A stretch of DNA of 62,311 nt from an uncultured archaeon (GCA_964598265.1 CAZRBD010000003.1:1-62311), one strand, 5' to 3'. Shown: positions 50,332 to 60,444, numbered from the stretch's first letter. Notes: generated from the letters alone by a model not told the origin. A program made the numbers and translations.

Positions 50332-51237
50332 TTAGTGAGAAGGTTTTTTTCTTAGAACAGCGCGCTTTTTTAATTTCATTTCCTTACCAGTCACATCTGT
50401 TCTGCCTACAGCTCTTAATCTCACAAGTGCATGGGGATAAGGAGATAAAAACTCTTCCTCCACTTCTTTTTGAATAGAGGGATCAATATTTTTTAGTTTT
50501 CTATAGATTGAAGCTTTATCTTCCTCAGAAGTGAAACGTGGATCCACCACCACAGCAACATGAAACGATACACCAGCATCCCATAGCTTTTGAGCAGCCA
50601 TAAATGGGAGATCCACAAAATCTTTGTCATTTCCTGTTTTTTCTTCGAATGATTCAGGTAATCCCCCCCTAATTGACAAACGTACATGTCCAACGGTCTT
50701 ATCACTTGAATTTCGAGAGGCATATTTAACAAGATGCGGTGCTAAACTCTTGTCATTTGCGAGAACAACACCATTAGTTTCAATTACAAAAAGATCAAAT
50801 TCACTAGAGTTCTGGTGAACTAAATCTAGAACTGCACAGAGATGATCAGGGCATAGAGTAGGTTCCGCACCACTTATCCTAGCTCGTCTCAAACCTTTAG
50901 CTGACATTACATGGCGTAATTTTGAGTAAACTTCTTCAGGTGAGTAATAATCTCCATAGAGCTCCGGCCAGTCACGACTCCAATCCACCCAGCAAAATAT
51001 ACATCTAAAGTTGCAACCTACAGAATATGCAGTTGCTATCCCTCCATAAACACCTACGGCGTAAAAGTCGGTATATTTCCGCTGGATTATACCATTGATT
51101 TCCTTGCAAACTATTTTACGTGTTTGTTTAGTTAATTCCCAAGGATCAACTGGAAATGGTGGAATTAGCTTATTTTCTTTATTCCGCTTTACATAGCGAA
51201 TAGGTTCCTTTTCTGAATCAAAACTAGAATTCGGCAA
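50332..51237 (-). CDS. radical SAM domain protein
   Basis: CNFRCIFCW (CxxxCxxC) cluster motif followed by ISGAEPTL. Confidence 0.75.
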   Translation of the reverse strand: MPNSSFDSEKEPIRYVKRNKENKLIPPFPVDPWELTKQTRKIVCKEINGIIQRKYTDFYAVGVYGGIATAYSVGCNFRCIFCWVDWSRDWPELYGDYYSPEEVYSKLRHVMSAKGLRRARISGAEPTLCPDHLCAVLDLVHQNSSEFDLFVIETNGVVLANDKSLAPHLVKYASRNSSDKTVGHVRLSIRGGLPESFEEKTGNDKDFVDLPFMAAQKLWDAGVSFHVAVVVDPRFTSEEDKASIYRKLKNIDPSIQKEVEEEFLSPYPHALVRLRAVGRTDVTGKEMKLKKRAVLRKKPSH

Positions 51238-51409
51238 AATATTTATTCCTTCTTTAATTTTAATCCATTTTTTTAACGTCTATTATGTTTAAAGAAATTG
51301 AATAATAAATATTAAAGTAAAAAAAGAAGATTTTTGAGATTCCACGAAAATAATACCTAATTAAAGAGTAGAAGGTAAAAATAATATTTAACAATAATAA
51401 ACACCATAA

Positions 51410-51799
51410 ATGTTTAAGATGGATGAAATAAAAAACTTCATTAACGATTTAGGAATTACTGCGTTTGAGAATAATATAAAAATTGCTGGACTCGCAGTTG
51501 TATCTGACTCGGGAACTATAGTTTTTCAGACAGATAACTGGGATCTAACTAATCACGGAACCAATATAATAAATATTATTAAAGGAGAAAACTTATTTGT
51601 TTTAAACGATTTAGAATTTACGGTAGTTGACAATACTACTGAAGGGATTATAGCAACCAATAATGGTGGGATGGGACATGTAATTTTCGTTCCCTTTCAA
51701 GGAGGAGTGCTTGTATCATATGCCATGCCTCAAGCAGATCCCCCCAAAGCATTAACTTTTCTTAAAACTTATGCAAATGAATTGAATGGGGAGGTATAA
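51410..51799 (+). CDS. profilin-like protein (Asgard-type eukaryotic signature protein)
   Basis: 129 aa with profilin-like order: an N-terminal helix (IKNFINDL), AGLAVVSDSGTIVFQT and FVLNDLEFTVVDNTTEGIIATNNGGMGHVIFVPFQGGVLVSY. It ends in a C-terminal helix (ALTFLKTYANEL). Confidence 0.55.
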   Translation: MFKMDEIKNFINDLGITAFENNIKIAGLAVVSDSGTIVFQTDNWDLTNHGTNIINIIKGENLFVLNDLEFTVVDNTTEGIIATNNGGMGHVIFVPFQGGVLVSYAMPQADPPKALTFLKTYANELNGEV

Positions 51800-51941
51800 T
51801 CCACAAAGTAAAATAAATTGAAATGGTCATAAAAAATTAAAAAGAACCTTTCAATATCTGTTATGAGCTACTTTATAAATTTTTAAAATTTATTTGATAT
51901 AAATTAAAGCCAAATTCAGTAACATTAGGAGGAAATAATCA

Positions 51942-53411
51942 ATGCCGACAGAACCATCTGACCTTATTTTTAAATCCGCATTAGAAGCAGCAAGGGCAAT
52001 TCTAAGAGGTGAAATATCCTCCCTAGAACTCACTAAACATATACTAGAACGTATTGAGAAATATAATCCGGCTCTCAATGCAGTCGTCACCCTCCTCAAA
52101 GATGAAGCTCTTAATAGAGCTCGCGCTGCAGATGAAGCATTGGCAAAAGGAGAATTATGGGGTCCTTTACATGGCATCCCATGCTCAGTTAAAGATACAC
52201 TCGAAATAGCTGATGTTCTTACAACATCTGGATCACCTGAATTAGCTACTCATGTACCAAAAAAAGATGCAATTGTTGTTGAACGATTGCGTGGGGCAGG
52301 AGCTATCATCATAGGTCATACTAATGTACCCCTATTTGCTGCTGACTGGCAGAGTTACAATAAGGTCTTTGGCACAACAAATAATCCCTGGGATCATAAG
52401 CGTACTCCTGGTGGCTCAACAGGAGGTGGAGCAGCAGCAGTTGCCGCTGGTTTAAGCTATTTATCAATAGGAAGTGATATTGGAGGATCTATCCGGATCC
52501 CTGCTCATTTTTGTGGCTTATACGGTCATAAACCTAGCCTGAATGTTGTCCCGATGCGTGGTCAAATCCCACCTCCACCAGAAATCCTGATACCGCCTGC
52601 AGATCTAGCTGTGATTGGACCACTCGCACGAAGTGCAGGTGATCTCAAATTAGCTCTCAAAATCATTGGAGGCCCTGATCCTGAGAATTCAACCGCGTAT
52701 AGCTGGACCTTACCACCTGCCCGAGGAACTCGTTTATCTGATTATCGTGTTGGTTATGTTTTGGATGATCCTCTCTGTCCGGTTACTTCTGAAGTGGAAG
52801 AGATGTTAATTCGCACCATTAAACCACTTCGTGAAGCAGGAGCAGATTTAGAAGAAGGTTGGCCACCTGGGGTCAATCCTTCTGATCAATATGAAATTTA
52901 TCGTTTCTTATTATCATCTACATATGCCAATGAGCTACAAAATGAACGATTGGATGAATTTCGTGAACGCGCTTTAAAACGAGACGGAAGCGAAGAGGCG
53001 ATGCGTGCTTGGGCATGGACTGCCCCTCACAAATACTACCAGGCAATCAGCAGTGCACGGATGAAAGCCAGAGCAATATGGCAAGATTACTTCCGCACTC
53101 ACGATGTATTTCTCCTCCCTACAGCATTTATTCCCGCATTTCCTCACGATCATAGTGAACCCGCTGAAAAGCGCCTCCTAGACACTCTAGAAGGCCCAAG
53201 ACCATATTATGATCTATTATTTTGGATATCATTTGCAACATTGACTGGTCTCCCAGCAACCACGGCTCCAATTGGACTAACAAATGATGGATTACCCGTA
53301 GGTATTCAAATCATAGGGCCTTACTTAGAAGATGCGACTCCGATAGATTTCGCTGGAAAGTTGGCGGATATAATTGGGGAATTCCAACCGCCAGAAGGTT
53401 ACAAAATTTAA
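51942..53411 (+). CDS. amidase (amidase-signature family)
   Basis: AS motif GGSTGGGAAAVAAG...SIGSDIGGSIRIPA. Visibly more GC-rich than the flanks. Confidence 0.9.
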   Translation: MPTEPSDLIFKSALEAARAILRGEISSLELTKHILERIEKYNPALNAVVTLLKDEALNRARAADEALAKGELWGPLHGIPCSVKDTLEIADVLTTSGSPELATHVPKKDAIVVERLRGAGAIIIGHTNVPLFAADWQSYNKVFGTTNNPWDHKRTPGGSTGGGAAAVAAGLSYLSIGSDIGGSIRIPAHFCGLYGHKPSLNVVPMRGQIPPPPEILIPPADLAVIGPLARSAGDLKLALKIIGGPDPENSTAYSWTLPPARGTRLSDYRVGYVLDDPLCPVTSEVEEMLIRTIKPLREAGADLEEGWPPGVNPSDQYEIYRFLLSSTYANELQNERLDEFRERALKRDGSEEAMRAWAWTAPHKYYQAISSARMKARAIWQDYFRTHDVFLLPTAFIPAFPHDHSEPAEKRLLDTLEGPRPYYDLLFWISFATLTGLPATTAPIGLTNDGLPVGIQIIGPYLEDATPIDFAGKLADIIGEFQPPEGYKI

Positions 53412-53509
53412 TTCCAAGAGCTCAATAAGTCTAAAAACATCTAGGAGCATAGAAAAAGTAGGTTATAGAAGATAATGAGTTTGAAGTGGTATAACAATTA
53501 CATTACATT

Positions 53510-54562
53510 TTAATCAATTGAATCAAACCGTTTTATTTCAGGAATTTCTAGCACGAAATCAGCTCCAAAAGCTAAAGCGGGGGTCAAAGCACCTCTTGGT
53601 TTCATTTCAAATATTTTTTCAACACATCTCACTCCTGATACACCTGTGAATCTATAGGGCTCCATAGTTTCAAGCCATGCTTGTGCTTCCGTTCCTTTAT
53701 CATTTTTTACTGATGCCCAGATATAAGAGCGATAAGTTTTTCGTTTTACCTCATCGGGACCATGAATATTCTTATCGATCCATTTATTAACTTTCTTTTT
53801 TGATTCCTCATTTTCAAGCATCTCTTTTGGTGAAACTCCTAGATATTCAAGTAAGTTCGGGAATTTTTTTGGTAAAGGAAAATAAGTGGTAATATTAGGG
53901 ATTCCAGTTGTTCGATAAGCTGTTGAAAGATCACCCCAAGTAACTGGTCTCCCATCACGTTCTTTATCAGAAAATTGTATTTTTCGGATGGAGGTATCCT
54001 CAAGACGCACTAATCTCCCATTTCTTCTAGCTAATTGCCCTATGTTATAATGTGCTAATACTGTCTTTAAAGTTCCAGGACTTGGATTACTAAAGGCTGC
54101 TATTCCAAGATCTAAAGATGTGGGAGCAGTAATTTTATCACTGACATATTTAGATAAACAGTCAGTGGGAACAACGTCAAACCCAACCCCCGAAATAATT
54201 GCAATCTCTTTATCCTTTGCTTCGTTGTCATATTTAAAGTTTTGTTCGAAGACAGGTATTTCTCCTGTAATATCAATATAATTTGTACCCGTTTTTAAAC
54301 ACGCATTCACCATTGGAGCACTCATATTTATGTATGGACCTGCAGAATGAAAAACTAAATCGAAACCACTTATGGTATTTACCAAAGTATCTTCATTTTC
54401 CAAATCTAGAATTATATAATCTAAATTTAATTCTTCTGCAAGTGGGATTAATTTTTTAGCAGAACGTCCTGCTAACACTGGAGAATGACCCCGCAATTTA
54501 GCTTCATGCGCTATTAAATTCCCGGTATATCCATAAGCTCCATACAACATCCAAGAGTTCAT
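53510..54562 (-). CDS. saccharopine dehydrogenase-like NAD(P)-binding protein
   Basis: MLYGAYGYTGNLIA Rossmann start and 350 aa, typical of this family. Confidence 0.7.
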   Translation of the reverse strand: MNSWMLYGAYGYTGNLIAHEAKLRGHSPVLAGRSAKKLIPLAEELNLDYIILDLENEDTLVNTISGFDLVFHSAGPYINMSAPMVNACLKTGTNYIDITGEIPVFEQNFKYDNEAKDKEIAIISGVGFDVVPTDCLSKYVSDKITAPTSLDLGIAAFSNPSPGTLKTVLAHYNIGQLARRNGRLVRLEDTSIRKIQFSDKERDGRPVTWGDLSTAYRTTGIPNITTYFPLPKKFPNLLEYLGVSPKEMLENEESKKKVNKWIDKNIHGPDEVKRKTYRSYIWASVKNDKGTEAQAWLETMEPYRFTGVSGVRCVEKIFEMKPRGALTPALAFGADFVLEIPEIKRFDSID

Positions 54563-54602
54563 GATTATCTAGATGGTAAGTAATAATTATCATAAAAATT
54601 TA

Positions 54603-55121
54603 TTAGTTATACTTTAAACTTGAGGATTCATCTTTATAAATTGTTGTTAAAAGTTCCAAAATGGCTAGAACTGAAGCATCGTTAGCCTCAACACCCTCTC
54701 TAAAATATTTTTTAGTTATAATACCAATTACATGTGGAAATAATGAATTTGGTACGTCGATTAGTCTGTTATTAATTATAACTAGATGTTTTAACTCATG
54801 CAAAAAATGAATAGAAGGGGGAATTTCTCCAAGGTTATATATATTTAAATTTAAAGCTTGAACATGCCCATCCTTTATAGCAATCCAATGTTTTTCATCT
54901 ACATCACCTACTGAACTTGGCCAATAATCTTTTGACCATTGCTCCTCAATATTAAAAAAGTTGTTTTCTATGGCAAATATTCTATATATATGATATCTTT
55001 GATTTTTTAAATTTCCTGTTTTATTTGGGGTTAATAATAGGGGCGCTCTACTTAATTCAAAAACGGAGAAACCGAAACAAATGGTGAAGGATACATCAAG
55101 AAATACTAACAAAACACACAC
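54603..55121 (-). CDS. small leucine-rich-repeat protein
   Basis: VQALNLNIYNLGEIPPSIHFLHELKHLVIINNRLIDVPNSL fits two LxxLxLxxNxLxxIP repeats. Only a GTG start is available. Confidence 0.35.
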   Translation of the reverse strand: MCVLLVFLDVSFTICFGFSVFELSRAPLLLTPNKTGNLKNQRYHIYRIFAIENNFFNIEEQWSKDYWPSSVGDVDEKHWIAIKDGHVQALNLNIYNLGEIPPSIHFLHELKHLVIINNRLIDVPNSLFPHVIGIITKKYFREGVEANDASVLAILELLTTIYKDESSSLKYN

Positions 55122-55323
55122 CGAACATCGCTAATCTCTTGAAAAAATAGTTATAGTCAATAACTTTTTTGCTAAAAATCATAATCTAAACAAGTTACAC
55201 ACTCCTTCCCCCTTATTTTATAAAATCGTAAACTTTATATACTCAAATTAATATTGATATATTAAGTATTGTCAACTAAGTCTTGTCAATATAAAAGTAT
55301 TTTTTTTTTAAAACACAAAAATT

Positions 55324-55596
55324 ATGGTATATAATTACAGGAAAGTGAATGGAGATATAAAACCAATGTCGTTTGAAGATTATTCTGACCGATTTTTTAA
55401 CAGGCGCGGTTCGGGTCGGCACACACTTTTATCACCTCAGGTGTCGGTCTCGCGAGAGGAACTAAGGGAGCTTAGGGCGAAAGTTGAGAAGTATGAAGTG
55501 CTTAGTGAGGTTCATAAAAGGGTAAAAACTCAAAATGATCGCCTATCAAAGGAGTTGGATGACATGAAGGACGACGGACGTAAATTCAAGGAGTGA
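55324..55596 (+). CDS. GrpE N-terminal coiled-coil segment, separated from the core by one in-frame TGA
   Basis: EELRELRAKVEKYEVLSEVHKRVKTQNDRLSKELDDMK is the GrpE-type long-helix region. It is in the same frame as 55627-56046 (30 nt apart), with a single stop at 55594-55596. Confidence 0.55.
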   Translation: MVYNYRKVNGDIKPMSFEDYSDRFFNRRGSGRHTLLSPQVSVSREELRELRAKVEKYEVLSEVHKRVKTQNDRLSKELDDMKDDGRKFKE

Positions 55597-55626
55597 AGGG
55601 AGGAAAACGAGAAATACTTAAACTCC

Positions 55627-56046
55627 TTGATCCGGATGAGCGCGGATATCAAGAATTATAAGAAGATTTCGGAGCGCGAGAATGGTAAATATAAAGCCTA
55701 CGCCCTGGAACAAATTTTAAAGAAGTTAATCGATCATTATGACGATTTGGAACGCGCATTCAACCTGATGAAGATGGTTAAGAACATGGAAGGTATCAAG
55801 GATGGTTTTGAAATGGTGGTGAGGAATTTCGAGAAGTTGCTTGCGGATGAGGGGGTAAAACCCATGAAATCCGAGGGCGAGCAATTCGATCCCTACAAGC
55901 AAGAGGCGATCTTGGTTGAGGAGGGTCGCGATGATTTTCCAGATAACACGGTATTAGAAGAGTTAGATAAGGGTTATTTTTTAAAAGACAAGATTTTACG
56001 GCCTGCGAAGGTCAAAATCTCAAAACGAACAAAAAATAATGAATAA
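55627..56046 (+). CDS. grpE: GrpE nucleotide-exchange factor core
   Basis: LIRMSADIKNYKKISERE corresponds to the GrpE motif (R..AdfeNyrKR..rE). The C-terminal beta domain (EGEQFDPYKQEAI...GYFLKDKILRPAKV) is present. It sits directly upstream of dnaK. Confidence 0.8.
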   Translation: MIRMSADIKNYKKISERENGKYKAYALEQILKKLIDHYDDLERAFNLMKMVKNMEGIKDGFEMVVRNFEKLLADEGVKPMKSEGEQFDPYKQEAILVEEGRDDFPDNTVLEELDKGYFLKDKILRPAKVKISKRTKNNE

Positions 56047-56224
56047 ACAAAACAAGCAAAAGTAATACGAACTCAAAATCAAAAAAAAATAGAAAACCAA
56101 AAAAAATCAACAACAAAAAGAAATGACACTAAAAAGTCAAAGTAAGATAAATAATCAAAATAAAAGCAATAATCAAAATAAAACTATCAATCAAGATAAA
56201 AAATTAAAAAAGGAGTGAAGAATA
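56047..56224 (+). other. A-rich, T/G-poor grpE-dnaK spacer with 16-nt direct repeat
   Basis: Read directly. The stretch is almost pure A/C, with AATAATCAAAATAAAA at 56150-56165 and 56168-56183. It ends in aggagtgaagaataATG. Confidence 0.6.
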
Positions 56225-58129
56225 ATGGGAAAAATTATAGGTATAGATTTAGGCACATCAAATTCGGCAGCTGCAGTACTCATAGGCGGCAAACCGACGA
56301 TAATTCCGAGTGCTGAGGGGCTCACGATAGGCGGTAAGGCATTTCCATCCGTAGTTGCATTTACGAAGGAGGATCAGCGATTAGTCGGCGAGCCGGCGAG
56401 GCGTCAGGCGATTTCGAATCCTGATCGAACGATAACAGCAATAAAGCGTAAGATGGGGACTTCCTATAGGGTGAAAATCGACGGTAAAGAGTATTCACCG
56501 CAGGAGATATCGGCAATGATTCTGCGGAAGATCAAGGATGACGCGAGCGCCTATTTAGGTGAGGAAGTTACAGACGTAATAATCACGGTTCCAGCATATT
56601 TTAATGATAACCAACGGCAAGCTACGAAGGATGCGGGAAGGATCGCGGGATTAAATGTGAAGCGTTTAATCAACGAACCCACTGCCGCAGCCATAGCTTA
56701 TGGTTTAGATAAGAAGAATGCCCGGATGAAAATCGCGGTATTAGATCTTGGTGGTGGTACGTTTGATGTCACAATAATGGAACTGGACAACCAGGTGTTT
56801 GAGGTGATTTCGACATCTGGCGATACACAGTTAGGGGGAACAGATATGGACAAAATCCTAGTTGATTACATAGTCTTAGAGTTCCAGAAGGCTGAGGGTG
56901 TCGACTTAAAGGGTGATTCGATGGCAATGCAGAGAGTCCGGGAAGCGGCTGAGAAGGCAAAAATCGAGCTTTCTACATCAATAACTACTGATATCAACTT
57001 ACCTTATGTAACAGCTACAAGTAGCGGTCCAAAGCATCTTAATATAAAACTTACAAGAGCTAAAATGGAGCAATTAATCGATCCAATTCTAAAAAGGCTT
57101 GATTCTCCAATTTTAAAAGCCTTACAAGATGCTGGTATGGCTCGTGGTGAGATAAACAAGATAATCTTGGTAGGCGGACCTACAAGGATGCCGGTGATAC
57201 AGAAGAAATTTGAGACCTTATTGGGCAAGCTTCCAGAGCGCAGTATTGATCCGATGGAGTGTGTTGCGATGGGGGCCTCAATTCAAGGTGGTGTATTAAC
57301 TGGAGAAATAAAAGATCTACTCTTGCTTGATGTGACACCCTTATCATTAGGGGTTGAAACGTTAGGTGGAGTATTCACTAAGTTAATCGAACGTAATACA
57401 ACTATTCCAACGAAGAAAGCAGAAGTATTTTCGACCGCAGCAGATAATCAACCCGCAGTCGAGATTCATGTCCTACAGGGAGAGCGTCCAAAAGCCGGGG
57501 ACAATATAACCTTAGGTAGGTTTCACTTAAATGGGATACCACCTGCCCCGAGAGGTATACCCCAGATCGAAGTGACATTTGATATTGATCAGAATGGCAT
57601 TATAAATGTCTCAGCGAAAGATAAGGGAACAGGACAAAGTCAATCAATTACGATTACAGCCTCTACAAAGATGTCCGATGCTGAAATAGAGCAAAAAATT
57701 CGGGAAGCAGAACATAACGCTGAAGATGACAAGAAATTCAAGGAATTAACCGGAGCAAAGAATAGCGCTGAAGCATTAATTTATCAAACTGAGAAATTAT
57801 TGAAAAAAAATGAAGCAGTTATCGGAGATTTAAAATCAAGTATTCTTGATAAGATATCTGATTTGAGGAGTGCTATGGAATCTGAGGATGTCAGTCGAAT
57901 CAAGACCGCAACGGAGACTTTACAGACTTCATTACATGAGGTTTCGTCTCGTATTTACGGGCAAGGTCAAGGACAAAGTGCATATCAAGGGGCTCCACCT
58001 GAAGGAATGGGTGCCGTTCCAACAGAAGGAGATGGCTATCAAGGTAAGACACAAGATGAAATTGAGGCAGAGCGATTCCGAAGGGCAACTGGTCAAGATG
58101 ATAACGTAGTAGATGCGGAATACGACTAG
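56225..58129 (+). CDS. dnaK: molecular chaperone DnaK (Hsp70)
   Basis: [18 protein letters not shown], a full-length NBD and SBD, and an acidic C-terminal tail. Confidence 0.95.
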   Translation: MGKIIGIDLGTSNSAAAVLIGGKPTIIPSAEGLTIGGKAFPSVVAFTKEDQRLVGEPARRQAISNPDRTITAIKRKMGTSYRVKIDGKEYSPQEISAMILRKIKDDASAYLGEEVTDVIITVPAYFNDNQRQATKDAGRIAGLNVKRLINEPTAAAIAYGLDKKNARMKIAVLDLGGGTFDVTIMELDNQVFEVISTSGDTQLGGTDMDKILVDYIVLEFQKAEGVDLKGDSMAMQRVREAAEKAKIELSTSITTDINLPYVTATSSGPKHLNIKLTRAKMEQLIDPILKRLDSPILKALQDAGMARGEINKIILVGGPTRMPVIQKKFETLLGKLPERSIDPMECVAMGASIQGGVLTGEIKDLLLLDVTPLSLGVETLGGVFTKLIERNTTIPTKKAEVFSTAADNQPAVEIHVLQGERPKAGDNITLGRFHLNGIPPAPRGIPQIEVTFDIDQNGIINVSAKDKGTGQSQSITITASTKMSDAEIEQKIREAEHNAEDDKKFKELTGAKNSAEALIYQTEKLLKKNEAVIGDLKSSILDKISDLRSAMESEDVSRIKTATETLQTSLHEVSSRIYGQGQGQSAYQGAPPEGMGAVPTEGDGYQGKTQDEIEAERFRRATGQDDNVVDAEYD

Positions 58130-58137
58130 GTTAGAAG

Positions 58138-58164
58138 TTTTTTTTTATTTTTTTTTTATTTTTT
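58138..58164 (+). terminator. oligo-T tract after dnaK
   Basis: tttttttttattttttttttatttttt starts 9 nt after the dnaK stop codon. Confidence 0.45.
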
Positions 58165-58239
58165 AAGAAGTTTACGTTAGTTTGTTAGGATATAGTAAAT
58201 AAATTTTTTTTCATGATTATAAAAAAGAGGTTGTAAAGT

Positions 58240-59250
58240 ATGGCAAAAGATTATTATAAAGTGTTAGGGATAAATAAGGGAGCGTCTAAGGAAGAGATCA
58301 AACGAGCATTCCGTAAGATGGCTCGTAAATACCATCCTGATGTTAATCCTGATGAGTCAAAATCGGGTGAAAAATTCAAGGAAATAAATGAAGCATATAC
58401 ACTTCTGACTGATGATAAAAAGCGCGAGATGTATGATAAGTTTGGAGTAGTGGAAGGAGATACTTCAACCTATCAATATAGAAGTGGCAGTCCAAGAGGG
58501 GAGAGCTCATATCGGAGTCCAGACGGTACAACCTATTATTATTCAACTTCAGGGTCACCTGGAGGAGTTAATTTTAATGAAATTTTTGGAAACCACAATA
58601 ATTCAAGGGGTGGGCGTGGTGGATTTGATTTTTTCAATGATTTGGGAGACATTTTCGACGTATTTAATCGAAGTGGTGGAGGCAGTACAAGGGCGAGGTC
58701 TTCAAATCGTAAAAATATTCCCCGAGAAGGGGATGATTTAAGATATGATATGGAGATAGACTTTATGGATGCGTTTAATGGTGGTAAGCAAAAAGTTCAG
58801 TATAAGGATCCAGTAAGTGGTCAAAATAAAACTTTAAATGTTACAATTCCAAGAGGCGTTAAGAACAATCAAAAACTACGCCTAAAAGGGAAGGGAATGT
58901 CTGGAGAAAATGGAGGTTTTGCCGGAGATTTATATATTTCTATTCATGTTAAACAGCATCCTAGATTTCGAAGGGAAGAGGATGATATTATAGTGGAGCA
59001 AGAAGTTCCTTTCACAACGGCGGTACTTGGCGGGAAAGTTCAAGTGAAGGGGATCGAAAAACCTTTAAATGTAACAATTCCCCCGGGAACAACTGATTCA
59101 TCATTTTTGCGTTTAAAAAACCAAGGCTTTTATGAGTTAAACTCAGATCAAAGGGGAAATTTATTAGTTATGGTAAAAATTAAAATTCCGAAGAGATTAA
59201 GTAAGCCTCAAAAACATTTATTAGAGCAATTACAGGAAATTGGATTGTAA
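58240..59250 (+). CDS. dnaJ: J-domain co-chaperone, class B (CbpA-like; no zinc-finger domain)
   Basis: J domain DYYKVLGI...YHPDVNPD, a G/F-rich linker and two C-terminal beta domains. The protein contains no cysteine at all, so the CxxCxGxG repeats are absent. Confidence 0.85.
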   Translation: MAKDYYKVLGINKGASKEEIKRAFRKMARKYHPDVNPDESKSGEKFKEINEAYTLLTDDKKREMYDKFGVVEGDTSTYQYRSGSPRGESSYRSPDGTTYYYSTSGSPGGVNFNEIFGNHNNSRGGRGGFDFFNDLGDIFDVFNRSGGGSTRARSSNRKNIPREGDDLRYDMEIDFMDAFNGGKQKVQYKDPVSGQNKTLNVTIPRGVKNNQKLRLKGKGMSGENGGFAGDLYISIHVKQHPRFRREEDDIIVEQEVPFTTAVLGGKVQVKGIEKPLNVTIPPGTTDSSFLRLKNQGFYELNSDQRGNLLVMVKIKIPKRLSKPQKHLLEQLQEIGL

Positions 59251-59298
59251 TAAAAAAGTGGAAGGGGTTATTAACTATAAAAAAAGAAATAATGAGGT

Positions 59299-60192
59299 AT
59301 GATAAAAAAAGTGATTGTAAATACGAGTAAGTTAGTAAAAGGCTGTCCCGAATGTGGGGGATCTATCATTTCAATTGAGGAAAAGGGAGAAACAGTATGT
59401 AGACAGTGTGGTCTTATAGTTAGTGAGAGGTTGGTGGATTTTTCTCACAGTGGGAAAAGATCATATACTACTCAAGAAAGGAATAAACGAGAACAAACTG
59501 GAGCTCCAATTACAATTTTGTTACCAGATATGGGTTTAAGTACAATAATAGATAAAAAAAAAATTAATAATCCAGATTTAAAAAGAGCTGCTAAATGGAA
59601 TACAAGGATAACTTGGCAGAAACGGAATTTGTTAATAGCTTCTACCGAGCTTAAGAGAATAAGCAGTAATTTAAATTTACCTACTCATGTGAGAGAAGAA
59701 GCGATGCGTTTTTATATAGCAGCATTTAAGAAAAAGCTTTTGCGAGGGAGATCTATTAATGCAATGGTCGCAGCATGTCTATATTTAGCAATTAGAAGAA
59801 AAGAAATACCAAGAACATTTCAAGAAATAATAAAAGAAGCTTCTGTGAGTGCTAAAGATGTGAGAAGAAGTTATAGCATTTTAACTAGGGAGTTGAACAT
59901 AAAAACGAGCTCAACTGACCCAATTTCTTTAATTCCGCGTTATATTAATGAATTAGGATTGGAAGCGGATATCGAAAGAATAGCAACTAATATCCTAAGG
60001 GTATATATTGATAAGTTTTCTGTTGGTGGCAAAGATCCTAAAGGGCTGAGTGCTGGAGCAATATACCTGGCTAATAAAATAAAGGACAGAGGTTTTACTC
60101 AACAACATATCGCTGAAGTTGTGGGTATTACAGAGGTTACCCTACGTTCAAGATACAAAGATCTTAAAACAAAATTAGAAATTCGGGTATAA
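59299..60192 (+). CDS. tfb: transcription initiation factor IIB (TFB)
   Basis: N-terminal zinc ribbon CPECGG...CRQCG, a B-reader/linker and two cyclin-like repeats. Confidence 0.9.
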   Translation: MIKKVIVNTSKLVKGCPECGGSIISIEEKGETVCRQCGLIVSERLVDFSHSGKRSYTTQERNKREQTGAPITILLPDMGLSTIIDKKKINNPDLKRAAKWNTRITWQKRNLLIASTELKRISSNLNLPTHVREEAMRFYIAAFKKKLLRGRSINAMVAACLYLAIRRKEIPRTFQEIIKEASVSAKDVRRSYSILTRELNIKTSSTDPISLIPRYINELGLEADIERIATNILRVYIDKFSVGGKDPKGLSAGAIYLANKIKDRGFTQQHIAEVVGITEVTLRSRYKDLKTKLEIRV

Positions 60193-60444
60193 TCAATACT
60201 AAATTTCTCTATTTTTTTTTGTTCTTTTTTGCCCCTATAATGACAAAAAGTAAAAAAATTTTTGATCCTAAAAATGTTTTAATTCTTGGAGTTCTTTGTT
60301 TTGATGATTTCATCATAAAACATCCTTTCTTAAGTACTTTAGATTGTATTTAGGTAGATTCGTTTTCGCAAATATTAAATATTTAATCTATTATTATAAT
60401 TGAGAATTATAAATATTAATCTTAAAATACAAAAACTACAGACG

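Noticed and set aside
51890-52177. 95-aa minus-strand ORF overlapping the amidase start
   Set aside because: It is an artefact of locally high GC (few stop codons). The product is Ala/Ser/Arg-rich antisense sequence, and the amidase frame carries the amidase signature.
55594-55596. TGA in grpE as selenocysteine or as genome-wide TGA reassignment
   Set aside because: GrpE has no redox site at this position, and I saw no SECIS-like hairpin. TGA clearly terminates other well-supported genes in the window (pyk at 39648-39650; the 1623-aa UvrA-like gene at 16015-16017).
56047-56224. CRISPR-like or microsatellite array in the grpE-dnaK spacer
   Set aside because: There are only two 16-nt repeats separated by 2 nt. 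No repeat-spacer periodicity and no cas genes are present. The region is low-complexity A-rich DNA.
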